Shown: positions 1 to 9,999 of the stretch, one piece after another
Layout: the number at the start of each line of letters is the position of its first letter
How positions within the stretch are numbered: position 1 is the stretch's first letter
Assembly (NCBI GenBank): GCA_039630415.1
Contig: JBCNVB010000013.1
Span: 128,001-192,000 of the forward strand
DNA length: 64,000 nt
Source of the DNA: a bacterium
GTDB taxonomy: Bacteria; DRYD01
Reading direction: 5' to 3'
Made by a program: the position numbers and the translations under genes
Notes under the pieces: generated by a model
Told to the model about the DNA's origin: nothing
Databases searched by the model: none
Seen by the model: only the letters and a program-made list of their open reading frames with translations

Positions 1-43
1 ACAAAGAAGTAGAGGTAGAAAAAAAATTTGGGAGGAGATAAAA

Positions 44-1060
44 ATGATGAACTTTAACAATCCTGGAACAGCACCAATCTTTCAAAGTCAACCTCTAAAT
101 ACCAATCCTGTTCAAAATCAACTGCCTACCCAAACTACTGCCCAATCTGCCACTGGAAATACATCACCAACATCTTCTGATCCATTTGAAAAGCTAATGA
201 ATAAATCCCTGGCTGAAAAAACTAACGATAAACCTACTAATTTACAATCAAATGATTTGCAATCAAATAATCTGGAAACACCAGAATTACAAAGATATAG
301 AAAACAAATAGAAGCTCTAGATCTTGATCAGTTAAGAATGGAAAGGAAGAGACTAGTTGATTTAATAGTTAAATACATGAATGAAGGTAACACTGAGTTA
401 CTTGATGAAGCTCAGAAGAAGTATAAAATAGCCGTGCAAGTTAGTGATAGTAAAGTTATGAATTTTTCAGCTGGAGCTATAGCTCAAACCCCCAAAACTG
501 AGCAAACCCAAGTGGCTCAAAATCAATCTCAACAAGAGGACTTCCTTAAAAAGCTAAGGGAATCCGAAATACTTCCTCCTGACAATACTCAACCACCTAC
601 TATACCTCAGCAAACGGCTATATCACAAAAAACAAACATTGTTGATACAACAACTACATCAGTAGTAGGAGCTAATCCCAATGTTCAAGTTTTCTCTGCC
701 CCAACCACCGAATCGGTAATACAAGGATTTGTAAATAATCAACCTACTCCTACTATGAACCAACCTTTAAATCAATATGGTACGATAAATGCTCTAAATA
801 CGATGAACATGCAACAAATGAACAGTTTATTCTCAAACCCTCAGGGTATGTTTAATTCTCTAAATACGATAATGAATCCGATGGCACCTGTACACCCATA
901 CTCTCCTCTTATGACCAGCTATGGAATATATGCCCCTAATCTAAGAAGAGATCCCACAATGAACGCTTTTCTAAATGGTGAACTTTATCCTACTGATATG
1001 GCAGAACTTGGTGTTTGGTCTGTTCTTAACAGAGAATTGTTCAAAAGAACAGACGAATAA
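44..1060 (+). CDS. Hypothetical low-complexity Q/N/T/P-rich protein with a central helical segment
   Basis: 338-aa ORF with GGAGGAG RBS just upstream; no family recognised. Confidence 0.75.
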   Translation: MMNFNNPGTAPIFQSQPLNTNPVQNQLPTQTTAQSATGNTSPTSSDPFEKLMNKSLAEKTNDKPTNLQSNDLQSNNLETPELQRYRKQIEALDLDQLRMERKRLVDLIVKYMNEGNTELLDEAQKKYKIAVQVSDSKVMNFSAGAIAQTPKTEQTQVAQNQSQQEDFLKKLRESEILPPDNTQPPTIPQQTAISQKTNIVDTTTTSVVGANPNVQVFSAPTTESVIQGFVNNQPTPTMNQPLNQYGTINALNTMNMQQMNSLFSNPQGMFNSLNTIMNPMAPVHPYSPLMTSYGIYAPNLRRDPTMNAFLNGELYPTDMAELGVWSVLNRELFKRTDE

Positions 1061-1137
1061 ATCTAAAATAAGATCGAGTAAATCTAAAATAAAAATTCAA
1101 GATAAAACGTGTAAGTTTTTAGTCTATTTTTAGTCTA
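1058..1137. repeat. Short direct repeats in a convergent intergenic region
   Basis: TAAATCTAAAATAA at 1058-1071 and 1079-1092; TTTTTAGTCTA in tandem at 1116-1126 and 1127-1137. Confidence 0.6.
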
Positions 1138-1226
1138 GGTTATAGAGGCATGTAGTGATGATTTTAAAAATACTTAAATACTGTATTAAAGAATTTTGAC
1201 GTCTGCTTTGTCTAGATTATTCTTGT

Positions 1227-1679
1227 TTATTGTTGTTGTATAGTTTCAAGAGCTTTTGTAGCCATTGTTTTAATTGATTCGACTACACTCAAATTAGCTT
1301 CATACATTCTGGAAGCTTGTATCATTTTTGCCATTTCCTCAACTACATTTACATTTGGCAGAGTAACATATCCATCTTTATCAGCGTTTGGATTAGTAGG
1401 ATCGTATACTTTTCTAAATCCTGAGTTATCTTGTCTTACTCCAACAACATTTGCTGCATTTAATTGGTTTTCAAATTCTTCTCCAAAACTAACGGTAAGT
1501 ATTCCTTCTTCTTCTGGATTGTTTAAAGGTTTAGAGGAGACGATAAGATCTTTTCTTTTGTAGGGTTCTCCGGTGATGGTGTTAGTGGTGTTTGCGTTAG
1601 CTATGTTTTCTGCGATTATATCCATCATTTGTCTGCTTACGCTCATTCCGCTAGCTGCAATTCTGAGAGAGTCAAACAT
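1227..1679 (-). CDS. flgC: Flagellar basal-body rod protein FlgC
   Basis: IAASGM...IAENIANANTT, PYKRK, VYDPTNPNADKDGYVTLPNVNVVEEM...ASRMYEAN motifs. Confidence 0.95.
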   Translation of the reverse strand: MFDSLRIAASGMSVSRQMMDIIAENIANANTTNTITGEPYKRKDLIVSSKPLNNPEEEGILTVSFGEEFENQLNAANVVGVRQDNSGFRKVYDPTNPNADKDGYVTLPNVNVVEEMAKMIQASRMYEANLSVVESIKTMATKALETIQQQ

Positions 1680-1721
1680 TTTCTATCCCCCCTTAACTAC
1701 TGAATTTAAGCTAATTTTAGG

Positions 1722-2024
1722 CTATATGTTGGTTTGGAATAGAGTTTTTGTTCCTTCAATTAGTTTTTGAGTTATACCTCTTATCATTTTGAGGGTTAGT
1801 CCTGCTTCTTGCCAAGCAAAAACTACTTGGTTTACATCTTTGACTTCTCCAGAAGCTAATTTTCTGCTTATATCTCCTGCTTCCAGAAGCTTGTTGTTTG
1901 CTGAACCTATAGTATTTTTTATAACATCTCCGAATGTAACCATTCCACTTTCTGCAGTACTTTTAGTTTCAACAAATGGGTTTGCTAATCTAGTTGGTTT
2001 TGTAATATCAATGGGGTTAAACAT
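1722..2024 (-). CDS. fliE: Flagellar hook-basal body protein FliE
   Basis: 100 aa; FGDVIK...LASGEVKDVNQVV...EAGLTL...KLIEG pattern; lies between rod genes. Confidence 0.85.
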   Translation of the reverse strand: MFNPIDITKPTRLANPFVETKSTAESGMVTFGDVIKNTIGSANNKLLEAGDISRKLASGEVKDVNQVVFAWQEAGLTLKMIRGITQKLIEGTKTLFQTNI

Positions 2025-2039
2025 AATTATCTACCTCCT

Positions 2040-2450
2040 TTACATTCTTTCAAATATTTCGGTTAGCGATTTAAGGGGTGAGGTTGCTCCTCTCAAAAGA
2101 AGTTGGTATTGGATTTGATTTTCTAGAGATTTATTCATTTGTTCACTTATGTCGACTTTTTTACCTGTGGAGGTTGCTTCAGGTTTAAAGCTAGCCAGTT
2201 CTATGCTTCCAGATATATGCTCTGGATCTTCTGCTTGTAACTTTACGTTAAATGGGTCGGATTGATTATCAAACTTTTCTTTCCTTATTTCTGCAAAAAC
2301 TTGTTCAAAGTTTAGGTCTTTAGCTACGTAGTTTGGATTGGTCGCGTTTGCTATGTTGCTTGCTATTACTTGTTGTCTTTGCCAGGCAGAATCTACTGCT
2401 TTTCTCATGTACTCATAATGATCTCCTAGTAGGTCTTTCATGAAACTCAT
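2040..2450 (-). CDS. flgB: Flagellar basal-body rod protein FlgB
   Basis: RQQVIASNIANATNPNYVAKDLNF; C-terminal VDISEQM...ENQIQYQ; GGAGG RBS. Confidence 0.92.
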   Translation of the reverse strand: MSFMKDLLGDHYEYMRKAVDSAWQRQQVIASNIANATNPNYVAKDLNFEQVFAEIRKEKFDNQSDPFNVKLQAEDPEHISGSIELASFKPEATSTGKKVDISEQMNKSLENQIQYQLLLRGATSPLKSLTEIFERM

Positions 2451-2539
2451 TTTTTTCCACCTCCAAGTTATTTTGTTTGTACACCTGTTTAAAAATTTTT
2501 TAAATAATTGTAAAATAAATGTTACATCCTAAATATCAG

Positions 2540-3598
2540 CTATAAAACTCCGCTTTGCTTAATATGGTTATGGAAGATTTGTCTTATTTGTGGATCGTCT
2601 ATAGTGTTAAGGATGGAAATAGCATAATCTTTTACATTGGCGTTAGGTATATTTCTAGTGTTTTCAGCGGCTTTGATAGCTATTGATTTAAATTTATCAT
2701 TAGCAATAGCTAAGGCTTCTTGTGGATTCATACCACGTTGTTTAAGCATTTCAACGTAATCAGCCCAAGTTTTATAGAAACTACTAGAAACCGGTAAACT
2801 TAGTGAATAAGGATCAATAATTATATCAGGCATGTATTTATAATCTCCTGCTAAATCCCTTGCAAATTGAATTCCCCAAGACATACTTACATAGGTATTA
2901 TCAGCTATTGTAGATATTTTATTTGTTTTTCTAAAATCTTGTATATCTGTTACTTGACTAGTATTTGAAGCTTCATAAAGAAACGTAATAATGTCTGCGA
3001 ATGCTTCGTGAAAATCTCTAGTAGCGGTAGGATTTATTTGATCTAGTATTGCATGACCTATTTCATGTACCAAAACATCTTTCTCTAAAGTGGAGTTCCC
3101 TTGGTTATTATAGGTGTAACCAACAACTACGTTTTGACCCGGAATATAGTAAGCATTACCTAACTGATGCATAAACTCTACGTTATTGATTGTTACTATG
3201 TTAATTTTGTGGGGGAAAGGACTACTCATATACGCTAGAAAATCTCTCAAAACTTTATCAGCTCTCATTGCTATCATCATTGCCTCATTCGGATTTGAAG
3301 CTACTACTGTGCTTTTGTTACCCTCTACATAGTACATCTTACTCGGCATACTATCTATCAAGTATAACATACTATACAAAGAAAGAAGCTGATCAAAGAC
3401 ATATAAATCTTGTCCTTGTATATTTTCATTAGAAATTTGGCTGAAAACATCTTCCGAAATCATTTGTTTGACCTTATCAGTATCAAAACTTATGGGACCA
3501 TATTCTTCTATTTGGGGGTTAATCTGTCTTACATATTCCCTAATTTTCTTGGCTGCAATATCAAACACTTTTATATTTTCCTGGTAGTTGAAATTCAT
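2540..3598 (-). CDS. Zinc metallopeptidase, gluzincin (M4/M36-like)
   Basis: NAYY, VLVHEIGHAILD (HExxH) and downstream FHEAFAD third ligand; start moved from 3700 to ATG 3598, which follows a GGGGTGG RBS. Confidence 0.75.
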   Translation of the reverse strand: MNFNYQENIKVFDIAAKKIREYVRQINPQIEEYGPISFDTDKVKQMISEDVFSQISNENIQGQDLYVFDQLLSLYSMLYLIDSMPSKMYYVEGNKSTVVASNPNEAMMIAMRADKVLRDFLAYMSSPFPHKINIVTINNVEFMHQLGNAYYIPGQNVVVGYTYNNQGNSTLEKDVLVHEIGHAILDQINPTATRDFHEAFADIITFLYEASNTSQVTDIQDFRKTNKISTIADNTYVSMSWGIQFARDLAGDYKYMPDIIIDPYSLSLPVSSSFYKTWADYVEMLKQRGMNPQEALAIANDKFKSIAIKAAENTRNIPNANVKDYAISILNTIDDPQIRQIFHNHIKQSGVL

Positions 3599-3729
3599 AA
3601 ATCCCACCCCTATTAAATATTTCTCACTTTTGTGTTTAAAAACATTTATGTGAATCTTTAAATTATTGTAAATTAAAAAGGGTGATTCAAATATACTCAA
3701 TAATTCATAAAAAATAGGGGGTAAAAATT

Positions 3730-5019
3730 ATGCACGATGTAAATCAAATAGTCCAAAAACCTGATAAATACAAATACTTTCTCGAAATCAGAAATGAAGA
3801 TCCTCAAATAATAGACCAAATAATTCGCCTAAATAAGCACAGAAAAGAACTCATAAATCAAATAAACAATCTCAGAAGTCAGAAAAATCTCATCTCCGAA
3901 AAAATAGGGAAAAAAGATTATAAAACTGATAACGAGAGACAAGAGTTAATACTTCTATCAAATGAAATTGATACCCAAATAAAACAGCTTGAACCAGAAC
4001 TAGAAGTTACGCAAAAAAAACTAAATGAAATACTTGTAACTATACCAAATATTGTGTACGAAGATGTACCCGTAGGAAAGGATTCATCAGAAAATGTCAT
4101 TGTATACAGTGAAGGTGAAGAATGGATACCAGATTTTGAACCTTTACCTCACTGGGAACTAGCAGAAGAACTAAATATCATTGACTTTGAAAGAGGAGTT
4201 AAACTATCAGGATCTCGATTCTACATAATGAAAGGTAAAATGGCTAAACTTCAAAGAGCACTTATTAATTTCTTTATCGATTTTCATGTAAAATATCATA
4301 ACTACAAAGAGTTGTACTTACCGTTCATAGTAAAAAGACATTGCCTAGAAGGCGCTGGTCAGCTACCAAAATTCGAAGATAATCTATATAGAGACCAAGA
4401 GGATGATATGTGGCTAGTGCCCACTGCAGAAGTACCTCTAACTAACATCTATAAAGATGAGATTCTATCAATCGAAGTATTACCACTTTACTATGTTGCC
4501 TACACTCCCTGCTTCAGAAAAGAAAAAATAGCTGCCGGTAGAGATGTTAGAGGAATAAAAAGAGGACATCAGTTCGATAAAGTTGAACTATACAAATTTG
4601 TTACTCCAGAATCAAGTGATCATGAATTGGAAAAGCTGGTACAAGATGCTTGTGATATACTCAGAGCTTTGGAATTGCCCTTTAGAGTAGTAAAATTATG
4701 TAGTGGAGACTTAGGTTTCGCTTCAGCAAAAACATATGATATAGAAGTGTGGGCAGCAGGATGCAAAGAATGGTTAGAAGTTAGTTCGTGTAGTAACGTA
4801 TTGGATTTCCAGGCTAGAAGAGCTAATATAAGATTTAGAAGAACTCCGACTTCAAAACCAGAATACGTACACACCTTAAACGGTTCAGGACTTGCTCTAC
4901 CAAGAGTTGTCATCGCTATACTTGAAAACTACCAGCAAAAAGACAAATCTATCAAAATACCTAAAGTACTTCAACCCTATACAGGCTTCGAAAGCATAGA
5001 AATCAGCTGGAAATACTAA
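3730..5019 (+). CDS. serS: Serine--tRNA ligase
   Basis: N-terminal coiled coil, LVPTAEVPL, FRKE..AAGRDVRGIKRGHQFDKVE, EVSSCSN, HTLNGSGLA. Confidence 0.97.
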   Translation: MHDVNQIVQKPDKYKYFLEIRNEDPQIIDQIIRLNKHRKELINQINNLRSQKNLISEKIGKKDYKTDNERQELILLSNEIDTQIKQLEPELEVTQKKLNEILVTIPNIVYEDVPVGKDSSENVIVYSEGEEWIPDFEPLPHWELAEELNIIDFERGVKLSGSRFYIMKGKMAKLQRALINFFIDFHVKYHNYKELYLPFIVKRHCLEGAGQLPKFEDNLYRDQEDDMWLVPTAEVPLTNIYKDEILSIEVLPLYYVAYTPCFRKEKIAAGRDVRGIKRGHQFDKVELYKFVTPESSDHELEKLVQDACDILRALELPFRVVKLCSGDLGFASAKTYDIEVWAAGCKEWLEVSSCSNVLDFQARRANIRFRRTPTSKPEYVHTLNGSGLALPRVVIAILENYQQKDKSIKIPKVLQPYTGFESIEISWKY

Positions 5020-5041
5020 TAAAGATCCTAAGGAGGAAAGT

Positions 5042-5476
5042 ATGAAATTCTACGAATCTACAGTGGAAAGAAAGATAGTCATTGTAAGAATAGATCAAGA
5101 TGAGGAAGTTATTCAATTTCTCGAAAACATAGCCATGTCTTTGAAAATAGAATCTGGATTATTTACAGGTATAGGAGCTATTAAACAAGCCACCATATCA
5201 TTCTATGATTACCAATCCAAATCATACATCGATAAGGAAATAGATGAGCGTATGGAGGTTATAAATCTAACGGGTAATATTTCGTATAAGTATGCTGAAG
5301 AAAAACCTTTTATTCATGCACACATTACCTTATCTGATAAACAATGTAATGTGTATGGAGGTCACCTTAAGAGAGCTATTGTAGGAGTAACATTGGAAAT
5401 ATTCATATTACCTATAAATGACAGGATAGAGAGAATATACGATCAAAGCTTAGGGCTATTTATTTGGAAACCATGA
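5042..5476 (+). CDS. PPC/DUF296 domain protein
   Basis: GIGA, EVINLTGNIS, PFIHAHITLSD...YGGHL, TLEI. Confidence 0.88.
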   Translation: MKFYESTVERKIVIVRIDQDEEVIQFLENIAMSLKIESGLFTGIGAIKQATISFYDYQSKSYIDKEIDERMEVINLTGNISYKYAEEKPFIHAHITLSDKQCNVYGGHLKRAIVGVTLEIFILPINDRIERIYDQSLGLFIWKP

Positions 5477-6548
5477 AAAGATGGAATTGATGATTTTTTG
5501 AATTGGATTATAGTTTATGATACGTTGTATAGTATGCTCCCAAGATATGTTTTTACCTTCAATAAATTGCTTTGCATTTTTTCCCATTTGAATAGCAATA
5601 GATTTATTCTCATAAAGAAAGTCCATTGCTTTTGCTATTGATTCTGGGGAGGGTTTGCAAACGATACCGGTTTTATTGTTTTGTACGAATTCTAAACAAG
5701 CTCCACTGTTGTTAACTGTTATAACGCTTTTTGAAGAATAAAAAGCTTCTAACGTAACATATCCGTAGTCTTCATCAAATGGGGTAAAGATGACGGCTAT
5801 TGCCCTAGCATAAAGTTTTCTCTTGATAGTTTCGTCTACATATTCCATTATCTCTAATCTTTGGTTAATTTGTGGGTCATTTAGTAAAGGCTTTATGTAA
5901 TTCCTAAAATACTTTTCTTCTATTTGACCTGTCATTATCACTTTGAAATTACCTTTAGCATATTTTAAAGCTTCTATGACTAAATGTTGTCTTTTATTGT
6001 AAGCAAATCGGCTAGGAAAGTAATAATAGTCAGAATATTCTTCACAAAAGTAATTTTCTTTTGAATCTACGGGTGGATACAATACTTCAGCTTCTATGCC
6101 ATTATACTTTTTTAATCTAGTTTTTACATTTTCTGAGATGGCGAATACTTTTTGGCATTCTTTTAGGAATGTTTGATCGTACTTGATTATTTTTTCCCTT
6201 AATTGTTGTATTTCATTTTTTTTTATCTTTTAGTGGATTTAGTTCTGTATCCCATAGATCGTAAAATTCTCTTATATGATGCATAAACCAAACAACTTTG
6301 TTGGGATGTTTTATCGCATAGCTACATGGTCTTAGAGTTATGGCTAGGTCTCCATAGTTGAATTTTAAATTCCTTATAGCATGTATTTGTTGTTCTATTA
6401 GTCTGTAGTCTGTTGAGAAAGGTAGTATTATTTTTTCTACTTCGAAATTTTTAGATAGTTGGTTTACGAGTGTGTCTGTAAGTACTGAATCTCCACCTTT
6501 TGAGAATGGCTGTTTAGTTGTTACTACTAGGATTTTTTTGATTTTCAT
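5456..6548 (-). pseudogene. GT4-family glycosyltransferase split by a frameshift in an A9 tract (ORFs 6213..6548 and 5456..6082)
   Basis: N-half has SKGGDSVL and WFMHHIREFYDLW; C-half has SRF..NKRQ and PFDEDYGYVTLEAF; deleting one A from the run at 6216-6224 joins them in one open frame. Confidence 0.85.
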
Positions 6549-7521
6549 TTATATTGTTTTTTACTATTATTTGCAGTAATTCTTTGAATGATATACCTGT
6601 TTTTTCGGCTTCTTGGGGAAGTAGGGAAACTTGTGTAAAACCAGGGATAGTATTTACTTCTAGAAAATATATTTCTCCCTCTTTTGTTAGTTTATAGTCT
6701 ATTCTTGCTGCATCTTTAAAGCCTATGAATTCAAATATTCTTTTGGATAAGTCTTTTAGATAGTCTAATGTTGTTGATGGTAGATCTGGAGGTATTATGT
6801 GATTAATACTTTTAATGTATTTGCATTCATAGTCAAAAATTTGATTTGATTCAATTTCTAATTCGCAAGGTTCTAGGGGTATGATTTCATTTACTTTCTG
6901 TACTACTCCTACGGTTATTTCTCTACCTTTAATAAATTCTTGGATTAAAATTGTTTCTTGATCTTCTTCGAAAGCAATTTCAATTGCTTTTTGTAACTCT
7001 TCTTCTATCTTTTCGTTATTTGTAACTAAGGATATGCCTATGCTGCTTCCTGAATTATTAGGTTTGACGATTAATGGTGGAATTAAAAAGTTATTTTTCA
7101 GTTTTGAAAAAACAAGTTTACTACCACCTTGTATGTATTCGTTTTTTCTAATATGAACGGTTTTTGGAATTTTTAGGTTTAATATGTTATAGGTGCTTAT
7201 GAATTCTTTTACTAGTAGATTGCATATCATTTTATTCATTGCAATCTTACTGGCTGTAGAATTCGAAAAGGTGAAGGGAATATTTAGGGATTCTAGAAAA
7301 GACTGAATTGTACCGTCTTCTCCGTATTTGCCATGAAGTGAAAGAAAAATTAGATCATACTTTTCAGTAAGTACTTTCATATAGAATTCCTTTAGATCAG
7401 ATAATATGTATTGTTCTGTGTCAGGATAGATTTGCTTAAGAATTTGATATATGTTTTGCCCCGATTTTATTGATATTTCTTTTTCGGAGGATATACCCCC
7501 CATTACTACGAGTACTTTCAT
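6514..7521 (-). CDS. ddl: D-alanine--D-alanine ligase
   Basis: GGISSEKEISIKSG, LHGKYGEDGTIQ, KPNNSGSSIG, FLEVNTIPGFT. Confidence 0.95.
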   Translation of the reverse strand: MKVLVVMGGISSEKEISIKSGQNIYQILKQIYPDTEQYILSDLKEFYMKVLTEKYDLIFLSLHGKYGEDGTIQSFLESLNIPFTFSNSTASKIAMNKMICNLLVKEFISTYNILNLKIPKTVHIRKNEYIQGGSKLVFSKLKNNFLIPPLIVKPNNSGSSIGISLVTNNEKIEEELQKAIEIAFEEDQETILIQEFIKGREITVGVVQKVNEIIPLEPCELEIESNQIFDYECKYIKSINHIIPPDLPSTTLDYLKDLSKRIFEFIGFKDAARIDYKLTKEGEIYFLEVNTIPGFTQVSLLPQEAEKTGISFKELLQIIVKNNINENQKNPSSNN

Positions 7522-8294
7522 TTTTCCTTTATAAAATACGCTAGAAACTCTGTATTACCTTTGTAGCCTTTGATGGGAGACTCTATAACTTTTATGAATT
7601 TATACCCTTGTTTAGAAATCGTTTTTAATGTTCTGAGTAAAACTTGAATTACTTTCTTCCTATCTCTTAGCACTCCTTTTTTGAGATATTTTCTTTCTTG
7701 TTTTGTTAGTTCGAAATTGGGTTTTATCAAGGTTATCATTTTGAATTTGTTATCTATGAGTGTAAGTGGTTGGGTAATATGTGTAAGAGATATGAAGGAA
7801 ACATCAATAACGATAATTTCTACGTGTTTTACTATATCTAGATTGATTCCAAAAGCTGTAGGGTTTTGAAATAAAAGGTGTATATTTTTAGCATTAAATT
7901 TTTCAATATTAATTACGTTGGGGTTTTTGAGTAATTTTGGATGGAGTTGAGATTTACCGTTATCTAAGGCTATAACAAATTTAGCTTTATGGTTTAGCAA
8001 GCATTCAGTGAATCCTCCTGTTGAAGCACCAATATCTAGACATACTTTACCCTCTACACTAAAATTATGTTTTGAAAATTCTGTAATAGCTTTTTCAAGT
8101 TTATATCCTCCTCTTGATACGTAGTCTACTGGATTTTCTACTTCTATTACTACCTCTTGGGGAAACTTTTTTGAGATTTTATAAATTACTTGTCCGTTTA
8201 CTTTTACTTTCCCATCTAATATTAATTTTTGTGCTTTTATTCTGGATTCAACTAGTTTTTTTAGGACTAAAAGTTCATCAAGCCTGTATTTCAT
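7518..8294 (-). CDS. tlyA: TlyA-family rRNA methyltransferase
   Basis: S4-like RLDELLV, YVSRGGYKL, LDIGASTGGFT, DVSFISL, LIKPNFE, GNTEF. Confidence 0.93.
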   Translation of the reverse strand: MKYRLDELLVLKKLVESRIKAQKLILDGKVKVNGQVIYKISKKFPQEVVIEVENPVDYVSRGGYKLEKAITEFSKHNFSVEGKVCLDIGASTGGFTECLLNHKAKFVIALDNGKSQLHPKLLKNPNVINIEKFNAKNIHLLFQNPTAFGINLDIVKHVEIIVIDVSFISLTHITQPLTLIDNKFKMITLIKPNFELTKQERKYLKKGVLRDRKKVIQVLLRTLKTISKQGYKFIKVIESPIKGYKGNTEFLAYFIKEK

Positions 8295-8811
8295 TTAAAA
8301 GATGCTTTGATAATATTTCTTTTTCAGATATTTTCTCCAAATAATCTATCATCTGATGTATAGTTGAAAGGTCTTTTGTTGGGTAGCCTATTAGTACAAT
8401 GTAATTTTTGAGAAGTTTTTGAAAATTAGGTAAAAGTAGTTTATAATTTCTTGCTTTTTCTAAATACTTTAAAAAACTCAGTGTAAGATTGAAAATTTTT
8501 GTTTCTTTTTGGTTCAAAACAAGTGTTTTGAGAATTATTTCAAAAAAGCAATGGATGATAACTTTTTTGTAATAAGAGTTTCTTATATTTTCAAAGTAAT
8601 CTTGTACATTGTATTGCTGTATGAAAAAATAGTTATTTTTCTTTTTCGCTTCAAAGCTTAGTAAATTAGGTGGATGAAGATTGAGATTTTTTATTCTATA
8701 GGAATAGATGAAAATTGATAAACCTGTTTCTTTTGTCAATATGTATATCATATTACCTTTTGGAAGTTTTTGTATTTGTATGACTATTCCAAGATAGTTA
8801 TACTCACTCAA
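8278..8811 (-). CDS. recO: RecO-like DNA repair protein (short, divergent)
   Basis: GIVI...ILTKETG OB-fold start and FENIRNSY helix pattern; only 177 aa. Confidence 0.6.
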   Translation of the reverse strand: MSEYNYLGIVIQIQKLPKGNMIYILTKETGLSIFIYSYRIKNLNLHPPNLLSFEAKKKNNYFFIQQYNVQDYFENIRNSYYKKVIIHCFFEIILKTLVLNQKETKIFNLTLSFLKYLEKARNYKLLLPNFQKLLKNYIVLIGYPTKDLSTIHQMIDYLEKISEKEILSKHLLNEIQA

Positions 8812-9914
8812 TTTTTGAAAGGTTCGTAATGTCCTTTGGTGATTATGTTAAAGATTCTTTTTGATGCAAGACCATCACCATAGGGATTGGGTATGTTGTT
8901 TTTTCTCAAAATTTCCTTATGGTTTAAATATTTTAAGGTTTTGGAAACTATTTTGTTTTTATTCGTTGTTGCAATTATTATGAATTTATTTTTCAACCCT
9001 TCGGGTCTTTCTGTTTTATTTCTTACCACAATTACTGGGGTTTTATAGGTTGGTGCTTCTTCTTGTATACCCCCAGAATCAGTTATTATTATTCTGGCAT
9101 TTTTAATTAAGTTTAGCATAGATAAATAATCAATAGGATCTATGAGCTTTATATTTTTATTTTTTGATAGTATTTCATAGGCTGGTTTTCTTACATTTGG
9201 ATTATAGTGGACAGGGAAAACTACAGGTAATGAGGTTTTTATCTGAATCTCATTTATAGCAAGCATTATTTGATTCATAGTTTCCCCAAAAGATTCTCTT
9301 CTATGAACTTCCACCAGAATGTAATTGTCGCTTTGTAAACCTAACTTTTTTTGTATGTCAGTATCATCAATTTGCTTATCTATCATACAAAGTGAGTCTA
9401 CAACTGTGTTGCCTGTGATAAAAACATTATGTTTTATGTTTTCTTTTGCTAGGTTTTGAGCGGAGAGTTGGGTTGGACAAAAGTGATAATCAGCCACCGC
9501 ACTTATAAGTTTTCTGTTAATTTCTTCTGGAAAAGGTTGATACTTATCAAACGATCTCAAACCTGCTTCTATATGACATATTTTTTTATTCTTATAAAAA
9601 CAAGAAAGTGCGACTATAAAAGCTGTTGTTGTATCACCTTGCACAAACACATAGTCAGGATTGATTTCATCTAAAACTTGACTCATTTTTTTTAGAACAT
9701 TTATTGATATATCAAACAAATCTTGGTTGGGTTTCATAATATCAAGATCATAGTCGAATTTGATACCAAAAACCTGATTTGCAGTATGTAACAACTCTTT
9801 GTGTTGAGAAGTACTTATAACTATTGTTTGCAGGTTTTGAGATTTGAATTCATTAATTACCGGAGCAGTTTTTATTAGCTCTGGTCTAGTTCCTACTACA
9901 AAGCAGTACTTCAT
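8808..9914 (-). CDS. wecB: UDP-N-acetylglucosamine 2-epimerase (non-hydrolysing)
   Basis: GTRPELIK, VQGDTTT, HIEAGLRS, PFPEEINR, HRRES, TDSGGIQEEAP, NPYGDG. Confidence 0.96.
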   Translation of the reverse strand: MKYCFVVGTRPELIKTAPVINEFKSQNLQTIVISTSQHKELLHTANQVFGIKFDYDLDIMKPNQDLFDISINVLKKMSQVLDEINPDYVFVQGDTTTAFIVALSCFYKNKKICHIEAGLRSFDKYQPFPEEINRKLISAVADYHFCPTQLSAQNLAKENIKHNVFITGNTVVDSLCMIDKQIDDTDIQKKLGLQSDNYILVEVHRRESFGETMNQIMLAINEIQIKTSLPVVFPVHYNPNVRKPAYEILSKNKNIKLIDPIDYLSMLNLIKNARIIITDSGGIQEEAPTYKTPVIVVRNKTERPEGLKNKFIIIATTNKNKIVSKTLKYLNHKEILRKNNIPNPYGDGLASKRIFNIITKGHYEPFKN

Positions 9915-9999
9915 AGTTATATTATTTAACTACACTCATAACTATCCTATACAAAATAGCAAGAATAATGTATTACTATGCATAATATTTCTATTGGGA

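Noticed and set aside
44..1060. FliK hook-length control protein
   Set aside because: Low complexity and flagellar neighbours fit, but LYPTDMAELGV is followed by only about 15 residues, too few for the FliK C-terminal domain
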